A DNA stretch of 64,000 nt. Source: Bugula neritina. Its lineage: Eukaryota; Animalia; Bryozoa. The stretch is from NCBI GenBank assembly GCA_964035545.1, contig OZ037768.1, positions 17,529,875 to 17,593,874 on the forward strand, given 5' to 3'. Numbering within the stretch: position 1 is the stretch's first letter; each line of letters begins with the position of its first letter. Shown in pieces: positions 53,801 through 64,000 of the stretch. Position numbers and translations under genes: made by a program. The notes beneath the pieces are model-generated. The model saw nothing but the letters and a program-made list of their open reading frames with translations. It had not been told where the DNA came from and made no database searches.

Positions 53801-56800
53801 AGTTATTGCAATTAAATTTTGAGTGTAGCTTTAGCAGTTTGTTATAGAAATGGCGACGCTAAAATAAAGTATGATTATTTCTAAACTACTTACTATGTAG
53901 GTTTAGGATAAAGATTTTTTGCTCTGTATTCGACCATTTCTTTGTAAATGTTTATCATGTGTGATGTACTCTTGTAACTTATAAATAGAAATAAAAACAT
54001 TTATTTTTTATTTCACTGTAAATATATATTATGATTTGCTGGTTTTAGGTTGATCTGCTTGGGTCTACACGAGTTTAGCTCTAAGAAAAATAAATGTGAG
54101 CTGATTAGCAATTATTTGCTGCCAGGAATCTCTAAACATAGTATTGATATGCACATCAAGAACGAGTCCAAGAAATCTAAACAGAATAAATCCATTATTG
54201 GGGTAATTTACTCAAACATTTTATAGAAAATATTTGGCCACCAAGCTTTTTAGTTAGAATTCTTTGTTTAATTTTCTGTTAAGAAAGTGTTAAAAATTGG
54301 TATGTTGTCTCTTGCTGTGATAAGCTTTGTTGAGTGGTTAAAGTCGTGCTCTCAGCACGGCTGAAGACAACTCCACTATTTCTGCTAGAGTGGTTTATGT
54401 TTACTATGTGATTACTAGTTATGTAAAGGCATCGGTTGATCACATTACAGTATATACAGGTCTTGAGTTAATCCAGGATATTTGATTTGATACTACATTT
54501 ACTGGCAATAGTTCTACTCAGATTTGAGTTTTGTAACGTCTTTCAGGACAACCTTTACTTGTAGAGTACTGAATTTTTATTGCATGTTTTTATAATATTG
54601 AATTAACTATACTAATTTGTTTCAACTTTTTTAGCTTTATAAAGCAAAGGGAGTTATTCCTAAGCTTATAGAAATGGGAAGAAATACTAAACTTGCCCAG
54701 CAGATGTTACCACCAGCTGATCGCTTGCATGAGCCATTCTACCCTGATTGGTTGAAGGTATGCCATACATTGTTTATTACGCCACAATGACATCTTGGAG
54801 TTGTCTTCTCTTATAGGGCCTAACAACGTTTCAGTAAGCATAGTTTGTAAAGTGTGTTTACATAGTTCATATCATGCCCTTAAACATCCAAATTTAACCT
54901 TAAATTGTACGTGCTTCTATATATCAATAATCCTGATCAACTATAATATATATTATAATATAGCTAATAATAGAGAGAGAAATGGCACTATAATCCCATT
55001 TGTAATACAATTTTTTGGAAAGCTGTTGGAACATAAAATAGACTATTGGTTATAAGCACAACAACGTTGAGCAGTAGCTGTAAATATCGAGAAAAAGAAA
55101 ATAATTTTTTCAAATTGTGCTGAATGTGTTTTTGCAACAAATATGTATATATTTGTTTTTATAGTTTTATGATAGTTATAATAGTTTTTTTTATAATTTG
55201 TTAATGTTTGTTATAAATACAATTGCAGAATGTTGTACAAAGTGAGTTGATAATAGTAGCCAGTAATGCACCATCTCAGTCTATTTCTGCTGCCGAAGTT
55301 ATTGATGCTGCTAATGCTGCCAACGCTCTTGAAGTTTCCAATGCTTCTGAAACTGCCAAACCTTCTCAAGCATTTAATGATAGGTTAGACACTACTTCTA
55401 ATGTTGTTAAAGAAGTAGAGAGCAACTGTACACCTGCCTGCACTACTCCTGTAGATGCTTTAGCTAGTCATTCCGCTGGGTCATGTTTAGTCAACCTGAC
55501 AGGTAAAAATAGTGAGTACAGCAGCACGGCGCCAGGTAATAGTAGGGAGGATCACAGCAGCACACCAACTGATGGTCTGGTGACACTCGCCTCAGGTGGA
55601 GCTATCTTTTCTGTCGAGGAGACATCTTCTCAAGCAATTGACATATTATCTGAAATAAGTGGAATCTTTACCAGGGAAAATAAAGCTTTAGAATCATCTG
55701 ATTCTCCTCATGACAACAATTTAACCACACCCACTAAAAGAGTTTCAACTGATCCGATGAGCCCAGTTGCTTCCGGAAAGTTTAGAAAAATACAGGCATC
55801 GCCATTCAAGACTCCAGGTGACTCCCTATGATAAAGTGAATTTAATATTGCTATTGCAAATTATCACTTGATGCCTGTTGTTAACTTACATTGGTTTGCG
55901 TATCTTGTAGTTATGTAAAATAGATGTATAAATACTCGATATGGTATTCAAGTTGACCGAAACTTGTTGTTGATATTTGACAACATATAAGAATGACATT
56001 GTTAAGCATGTTCTTCTGGTGATATAGAAAAGGCATATCACTCTATCGACAGTGACTGGAAGATGAGGAGACACAATAAAAAAGGAAGTGGGTGGCGCAC
56101 TAAAGTCCATTCTCTCTTTCCAAAGCCATTTAATTCTGCTGGTAAGTACAGTTGAACTCATTGGCAAGTCAATTTCTGCAAATTCCTATAACCAACTCAA
56201 GCTTCTGCACATTATTACAACCGACTCAAATTTCTGCAGATTTTTATAACCAACTAAAGTTGCTGTCCATATGTTGTAGCTTACAATCAATCACCGACAA
56301 AGATGGCAGCCAAAGCTATCAGTGAGAAAGCGTTGAATAGAGCTTCTAAAAAGACTTCATATCAATCTCCTTTAAAGAGAAAACCATTAGAAGCTGGAAA
56401 CCCTTTGGAGGTCTCATCTTCTGAAACTAAGACTTCAGGTTTGTTGACTAACATTGAATATGATAGTTCTTACCAGTAATGTTCTGGTAAAGTTTCTAAG
56501 ATGTTTCTACAAAAGTTGAATGTGATTTTTTTATTTGTTTCAGTATTTTCATGTTTTTAACATCAAAGTTTATAGAACCATGTCTACTGAAAAAATGTTT
56601 CATTGCATACAATACTCACTCTACCATACAATGCTAACTCTACTGCATACAGTACTAACTCTACTGCATACAATACTAACTAGACTGCATGCAATGCTGA
56701 CTCTAGCACACCATACTAAGTCTACCATATCAGCATATGTAAATGTAAACTGCAAAGAAATAATAGATAACATATTCCAAAATAACAAAGTTTATATCAG

Positions 56801-59800
56801 CTCAAAAGCTATATTTTTTAAGTTCATCAAATGATTTGCAGCCATTTTAGTCATAGTCATATTGACTCAATTCTTATCTTGCTGTAATCTATTTACTTGG
56901 TGACCTGCACTAAAAATTGTCTAAAATCAATTAACTTTAGTAAAGTTTTAAAAGCCTTTCCTTTAAAATATAACTGTCATAATTTTCCATCATGTCAAAC
57001 GCACCGATGTTTGTAATTATCAAAAACTTTTGATTATATTTCAATAATCAACAAGCCTAAGTAAACTTACTAATTATTGTTTATTTGTTTTTTATTGACA
57101 AGAAATTGTTTATTATTTAACTTTTTTAAATCACCTTTTATATCATCTAGTAGCTCCACTGAGCAAACGTCCAAAGAAACTACGGGATGAAGATGATGAG
57201 TTCTTTTCTACTCTGAATGAAGAAAGTGGTGCAACTAAGTGAGTTGATCTTCTTCAGTTTAGAAGTCACATTTACTGCATCATTGCACTAAAATGAGATT
57301 GATTATTGATTATTGATGATTGATATAAGCTTTGCTTGTACTGATTGCTTACAACCTAAGCTTTGTTATCTCAGAAGGTTTTACTTGATGCTGCTGCCGG
57401 TTGGTGTAAGTGTAAATATTGATGTTGTTACAGGACCAAGTCGTCTAGAAGAGAAAGATATATCGCTTGTCTAGCTCCAGATATTGTAGAGTGTGATCCT
57501 CAGGTAAATCGAGCTTTTAAAGTTCTCCTTGACCTATATATGCGAAGCCTTTACAATTTGTTTTCATTTTTGAGTCTGTTAATATAATTTAATGGTAAAT
57601 TATTATATCATGCTGTGTGGATATTGCTGCAACTTTCTCAGTATACTCTACCTTGTGTTGAGGTCGGACTGCTATTTTTAACTTTACTTAGATTTTCCCC
57701 CATATGTTTATAATATTAAGCTACTGTATGCTAAAAGAATCTACTTGTGGTTGAGCTCTCAAGCTACATGTTTACTCAGGTTTCAGGTTATGTAGCCTTT
57801 TATGATCTAAGATCACCTCTTGGCCTTATCTTAAGGTTATTTTTCTACATTGTTGAATTTTTATATCAAAAAATATCTAATTTACTTGTTGTATCACATA
57901 GCAAGATGTTTATGTTGCTGTCATACGTGTTTAGTTAGGTTCATCTTCATTTCTGGCTGTAGTTTTGTAAATTCAGTTAGTGTGAGAGTAGATGTAGTTA
58001 GTGTGAGAGTAGATGTAGCTAGTGTGAGAGTAGATGTAGTTAGTGTGAGAGTAGATGTAGTTAGTGTGAGAGTAGATGTAGTGTGAGAGTAGATGTAGTT
58101 AGTGTGAGAGTAGATGTAGTTAGTGTGAGAGTAGATGTAGTTAGTGTGAGAGTAGATGTAGTTAGTGTGAGAGTAGATGTAGTTAGTGTGAGAGTAGATG
58201 TAGCTAGTGTGAGAGTAGATGTAGTTAGTGTGAGAGTAGATGTAGTTAGTGTGAGAGTAGATGTAGTTAGTGTGAGAGTAGATGTAGTTAGTGTGAGAGT
58301 AGATGTAGTTAGTGTGAGAGTAGATGTAGTTAGTGTGAGAGTAGATGTAGTTAGTGTGAGAGTAGATGTAGTTAGTGTGAGAGTAGATGTAGTTATTGTG
58401 AGAGTAGATGTAGTTAGTATGAGAGTAGATGTAGTTAGAGTGAGAGTAGATGTAGTGAGTGTGAGAGTAGATGTAGTTAGTATGAGAGTAGATGTAGTTA
58501 GTGTGAGAGTAGATGTAGTTAGTATGAGAGTAGATGTAGTTAGTGTGAGAGTAGATGTAGTTAGTGTGAGAGTAGATGTAGTTAGTGTGAGAGTAGATGT
58601 AGTTAGTGTGAGAGTAGATGTAGTGAGTGTGAGAGTAGATGTAGTGTGAGAGTAGATGTAGTTAGTGTGAGAGTAGATGTAGCTAGTGTGAGAGTAGATG
58701 TAGTTAGTGTGAGAGTAGATGTAGTTAGTGTGAGAGTAGATGTAGTTAGTGTGAGAGTAGATGTAGTTAGTGTGAGAGTAGATGTAGTGAGTGTGAGAGT
58801 AGATGTAGTGAGTGTGAGAGTAGATGTAGTATGAGAGTAGATGTAGTGAGTGTGAGAGTAGATGTAGTGAGTGTGAGAGTAGATGTAGTGAGTGTGAGAG
58901 TAGATGTAGTGAGTGTGAGAGTAGATGTAGTTAGTATGAGAGTAGATGTAGGTAGTGTGAGAGTAGATGTAGTTAGTATGAGAGTAGATGTAGTTAGTGT
59001 GAGAGTAGATGTAGTGAGTGTGAGAGTAGATGTAGTGAGTGTGAGAGTAGATGTAGTTAGTGTGAGAGTAGATGTAGTTAGTGTGAGAGTAGATGTAGTT
59101 AGTGTGAGAGTAGATGTAGTTAGTGTGAGAGTAGATGTAGTTAGTGTGAGAGTAGATGTAGCTAGTGTGAGAGTAGATGTAGCTAGTGTGAGAGTAGATG
59201 TAGTTAGTGTGAGAGTAGATGTAGTTAGTGTGAGAGTAGATGTAGTTAGTGTGAGGGTAGATGTAGTGAGTGTGAGAGTAGATGTAGTTAGTGTGAGAGT
59301 AGATGTAGTTAGTGTGAGAGTAGATGTAGCTAGTGTGAGAGTAGATGTAGCTAGTGTGAGAGTAGATGTAGTTAGTGTGAGAGTAGATGTAGCTAGTGTG
59401 AGAGTAGATGTAGTTAGTGTGAGAGTAGATGTAGTTAGTGTGAGAGTAGATGTAGTGAGTGTGAGAGTAGATGTAGTGAGTGTGAGAGTAGATGTAGTAT
59501 GAGAGTAGATGTAGTGAGTGTGAGAGTAGATGTAGTTAGTGTGAGAGTAGATGTAGTTAGTGTGAGGGTAGATGTAGTTAGTGTGAGGGTAGATGTAGTT
59601 AGTGTGAGAGTAGATGTAGTTAGTGTGAGAGTAGATGTAGTTAGTGTGAGAGTAGATGTAGTTAGTGTGAGAGTAGATGTAGTTAGTGTGAGAGTAGATG
59701 TAGTTAGTGTGAGAGTAGATGTAGTTAGTGTGAGAGTAGATGTAGTGAGTGTGAGAGTAGATGTAGTGAGTGTGAGAGTAGATGTAGTGTGAGAGTAGAT

Positions 59801-62800
59801 GTAGTTAGTGTGAGAGTAGATGTAGCTAGTGTGAGAGTAGATGTAGTTAGTGTGAGAGTAGATGTAGTTAGTGTGAGAGTAGATGTAGTTAGTGTGAGAG
59901 TAGATGTAGTTAGTGTGAGGGTAGATGTAGTGAGTATGAGAGTAGATGTAGTTAGTGTGAGAGTAGATGTAGTTAGTGTGAGAGTAGATGTAGTTAGTGT
60001 GAGAGTAGAGTCTTATGGACTGTATATTCTTACAGAGAGCAGGTAGAGAAGATTTGTTCTCCAAATGGTACATCAACAAAGTGAAGGAAAAGCTTGGCGA
60101 CTCTTCAGCTGAATACGAAGCGTTTCTGCAGGCTCTTATGACTTTTGGCAAGGAGAAAAAGAATCCTGCTGTAGTAAGTCATGTTACATATTCATATTCT
60201 ACTCAATTACAAATTTTAGACATGAATAGACAATAAAAGCTTGTAGTTTGTTATTAAATTCACTACAAACACATGTATATAACAGAATCTAGTGACGGAT
60301 ATAAAATATGGGCTTGAAATGAGTGACACCCCATGTGTTGAAGGTATATGCATACATCAGTGTTTATTCAAATAGCCTCAATTTTTAAGAATGAAATGAT
60401 CTTTTAAAATCTAATTCATTACTTTCACGACTACTTTCTAATCATACATGTATGTAGAAATATGTTTAGTTTTAAATAATTGAACATTTATTCGTTTATA
60501 ATTGTTAATGTATTTAACTAATTCACAGTAATAAGGAAATAATTTTGTCATCTATTCACTTTATCTAAAACATTAAATGTAATTAAAATTATTTTTGTAA
60601 ATCAACGACTTTGCTTATAGAGTTATTGGCTAAGCAGCCTCTATATGAAACTTTAATTTTTCTATAGCACTGTTTCTGATTGTGGGATAGTTTTAGAATT
60701 CTGCGTATTAATAGCATCAGCTGCAGTTGCCGTCGTGTGGGACTGTGAATATGTCAGTTGTATTTGCTTTCTAATCCTTGTTTTTCTCGACTGACAACTG
60801 AACATGAGTTTCAATTCATTTCTAAACTTTGGTCCAGCTACGCAGTACAAGAAGAAGTTGATGCTGTGGTTGAGATACAGCAACACACGTGAAACCTGTC
60901 TTGTCAGCGTGTATTTTGCCAAGTCTCTCGGATCTGCTAAATTAAAGTACGGCTCACCCTTTTCTCGTACGATATGAAGGACCACAGCCGGGGCTGTCAA
61001 TATAAGAAATGCACACGTAATACTCAACAACATTACCGTTAGGGTGTGATTTGATGACCTCTGACTCTTGGTCATGTTTTGCCGTCTTTTGTTGGCTTTG
61101 CCGACAAAGAATAGAATGATGACGTTGAGCACGAGCAGAGATATAAATGGTATAAAACTATAAACCGCGGCATCTATCCAAGGCCATACATTTGCATAAA
61201 ACAAGGCAAACTCATCTTTTGCTTTACATAGTTTGTTTGTATATTCAGTTGTGAAGAAAATGTGAAGGTTTATTCCAGCCGAGATGACTACAACTACGCT
61301 CAGTGCTATGGCTGCAGCTCTTCTAGTTCGCATGTGTGCTCTCATGGGTGAAGCTACTATTACCAACTTATCCAAGGTCATTATAACTAATATCCATGCG
61401 GCCACATCAAAACTCCAGTAAGACAAAAAGTTGATGATTGCACAGGCACTTGGGCTTGCATTTAATAACTCTACTTGAAATACTTCGATTATCCATCGTC
61501 TGAGACAGCCAAAAACTAACACCAATGTGTCTGCTACTGCCAACGCCGTCATGTAAAATGTAGTAGAAGATGATCTCATCTTTTCTTGCACCATCACCGC
61601 AAAGCTGAGTACATTTCCAGTTACTCCAAGAAGAAATAGCGCCCCCAGAATATATCTTCCAATGATTTCTGATGCTTTATATTGAGCATCCGAAGTCACA
61701 GCATTCCAGTATGCCTGTCAATAAATTAAAAAACTCGATATGTTTGCATTTCAAGTTCTATAGATCAGCTGAACCCAGTCAGGAAAGAAGGGGCTCTCAG
61801 AAATTTACAGTACATGTTCAAAATAATTACACATCCTTGTTTTAGATTTCTGGTATTAGTTAAAAACTCGGTAGCTTATATTGCTAGAATTTTTCTAGAA
61901 ATGACATCAAGTTTAGAAATTTAACTTCTGACACACAAATTTATTCGTAATGCATCTTCCCTAATGCACTGTACATTCAGTAGATAGGCATGTTGGTCCA
62001 TTGCTAACTTTATCTTCAAATATAATCTTCAAGTATACCAACGAATATCATACAATTTATTATGTTACCTCTTCATTCACCAGTTCACTGCTGTTTATGC
62101 TGGACATGTTGAAAGACTGAGCAAATATCTTCTCAAAAGTCCCTTCTATTTCTGTTTCTCCAAAAAAGACGCTACTATAATAAGTGATCCAACGTTTCCC
62201 AAGTCATAATTTGTACTGAATTTCGCATTATATGAAAACAGAGTCTAACAGCTGTTAAAATTGCAATTCATGATTACATGCACTATATACTAGTTTGGTG
62301 CCACTGAAAAATCACATTGAAATATGTTTACATCTCTAAAGTAGTATCCTCATACACACTGTTCCGTGTGATGGGTGTATTTGCACAAGTCATGCTGTGG
62401 TGAGAACGTCTGATAAGAAATTAATCTGATGTGTAAAAATTGACGTTGACTGTAGTAAAAGATAACACTGTCGCCTTCCCCATTGCTTTTGCTTTTCTTC
62501 TTTCATGACTAATTTCACTTTTGTGCTAATTATTTTTAAACAAATAGATTTCATGATTAATATTTGCTTGAAAAAGTTATCTAGCTAATTCCAGCAATAA
62601 TTAGCTTAGTATAGGGAACTTCACAGCATTCAGTACTATTTGATAGTGTGACTAGATGGAGTGTCATCATGCGATTAGTTTAGCAAACTCAGACTGCCAG
62701 TATGTTATACATGGCAGGTTAACTGGGTTTTCAAGTATATGTCTGAATTTCTCAATAAGAAATGTTATCCTCTATACTAGTAGATAATTTGGAGTCACTT

Positions 62801-63669
62801 GGTGGCTCAATATAACAAATATTTTGAGTTTGAAATATCCCTTGAAGTCTAAACTAGAACTTTATTGATGTGCAGTTCATAAAACATAACTTAAGCTATA
62901 CATGCAACCTGTGTTACATGCTGATTGTGGAGTTTACCTGCCTATAAGTTTTTGCAATTGTATGGAGAAAGTAATTCCCGATATATGTTACTTTCATTTT
63001 CATATTTTGTTGAAGTTTTATGAGGAGCTGAGAAGTACAATACTGAAAGGCCATGATGAGCTGCTGGATGGGTTTTCAGCTTTCTTGCTACCCGCCCAGG
63101 CTCTTGCCTGTGGAGTCAAGTGCTATAAATCTTGCTTGCAGTTTCATCAGGCAAGAAAGTTTCTCAGGAAATTGGAGGTATAGTATAACACACATAGTAT
63201 AGTATAATACTATGTGTATTTTGTTACATCAAATTAATTGAAATACTGTTTTATCAAAATATTAAACAATTTACTGAGAGTTAATTTTGTAAAATTAATT
63301 TCATTCTTAATTTTTATTCGGAGTTCTAAGTTGCTTTTATTTTTTTTTAGTACGAAGTATAATCTACGTATTTCAATATACATGACTTGGCGTTTAAATG
63401 ACTATATAAGATTTATTTATTGAAATTTCGCTCTTAACTGAAAAAGTGGCTAAATAGATATTCTACTGTTTTGGTTGGCAGGTGTACTTCGGTGGAGCGA
63501 CTAAAACTTTTCAGAAATTAATCAAATTGCTTAGTTCCGGCAGCTCACAAAATGCTGCCTCTGTGACTATATCTGACATTCGAGATTCTATAACTGCTAT
63601 TCTCAAAGGACACCCTGCACTACTCAAAGATTTCACTAGTTTCTTCCCTGATGCCACTCCAGCTAAAAG
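47832..63669 (+). CDS. GON4L: GON-4-like protein, multi-exon, continues beyond the window
   Basis: Conserved blocks in order: [113 protein letters not shown], and PAH-type ILKGHDELLDGFSAFLLPAQALACG and ILKGHPALLKDFTSFFP. The start ATG is tentative. Confidence 0.9.
51937..52416 (+). repeat. 24-bp minisatellite with a 48/51-bp dimer higher-order unit, in a GON4L intron
   Basis: Alternating GTACTAACTGACAAAGAGTATATA and GTACTCACTAGTAAAGAATATATA, ~20 units. Confidence 0.95.
53342..53600 (+). repeat. 32-bp minisatellite (8 copies) spanning a GON4L intron/exon boundary
   Basis: Unit TCATATGTTTGCATGTTCAG|ACCACTGATGAG; the last copy supplies the in-frame acceptor (exon starts 53586). Confidence 0.95.
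56624..56710 (+). repeat. Short 21-bp tandem repeat (~4 copies)
   Basis: CATACA(A/G)T(G/A)CTAACTCTACTG units. Confidence 0.75.
57976..60008 (+). repeat. ~2-kb 21-bp satellite in a GON4L intron
   Basis: Unit GTTAGTGTGAGAGTAGATGTA, roughly 95-100 copies, with recurring GCTAG/GTGAG variants and occasional 4-nt-deleted units; explains the SVRVDVV ORFs. Confidence 0.98.
60662..62107 (-). CDS. Class A (rhodopsin-like) GPCR, FMRFamide/sex-peptide-receptor-like group, nested antisense in a GON4L intron; ~363 aa (exons 62069-62107, 60662-61714)
   Basis: Seven hydrophobic segments; GN (TM1), LAVAD (TM2), TM3 Cys, IPF (TM5), NHSINFFLYC (TM7), KFR helix 8. The upstream exon MSSINSSELVNEE (NSS glycosylation sequon) splices in phase 0 to AYWNAVTSD. 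Confidence 0.92.
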
Positions 63670-64000
63670 GTAATGCTTTTCAATGTCAGTCAATTGTATG
63701 TAATGGTTTCTACCTATTGGTGAAGTTTTATATTTGTTATGCCATGTAATTTCTTTAGTTCGTTTTACTGGAATTACAGATGAATAAAAATAATTAATGT
63801 CAAACTTTGTTTCAAGTGGTACATTTACTGGCCAGTTATATGGTTCAATCATATTAATTTTGCAGATAGCCATCAAATTGCTGTGGTTTGATAACTCCCA
63901 CTTAGTAAATATAAAGGTCTATGTAACAAATGGAGTGAAAATATAGTAGTTTGTACATGGACATTAATAGGCTAGGTTTTATAAACAAAGCATCAACACT

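Noticed and set aside
57850-60151. Long SVRVDVV / TTSTLTL / HTNYIYS ORFs
   Set aside because: Translations of a 21-bp satellite inside a GON4L intron; no independent coding evidence.

Overview
AT-rich, intron-containing animal genomic DNA, not prokaryotic. The gene and transposon content suggests a marine invertebrate, probably a lophotrochozoan (inference). Most short ORFs in the track are exon fragments or noise, so I assembled gene models by hand from splice signals and reading frame. From left to right: (1) the 3' part of INTS8 (+), with MITE-rich introns and a U12-type intron; (2) two identical tRNA-Pro(TGG) genes with homologous flanks, bracketing a minus-strand NHL/beta-propeller-like gene; (3) a CR1-like LINE relic; (4) a minus-strand gene with a hydrophobic N-terminus and repeated TQT-like motifs; (5) two fold-back elements; (6) a degraded coiled-coil (CCDC162-like) gene fragment; (7) an 11-exon, ~711-aa unrecognised gene whose nine internal exons are all symmetric phase 2-2, with broken paralogue pieces nearby; (8) a 5'-truncated Gypsy element with an extra zinc-finger plus coiled-coil ORF in the env position, and a hAT-type element inserted in its polypurine tract; (9) GON4L (+, running off the window), with a nested antisense peptide-type GPCR. 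A recurring oddity is intronic minisatellites built from splice signals: tandem donors, TACTAAC branch points and tandem acceptors. Best novelty candidates are the symmetric-exon gene, the Gypsy accessory ORF and the splice-signal arrays. Homology calls come from motif recall; no searches were run.
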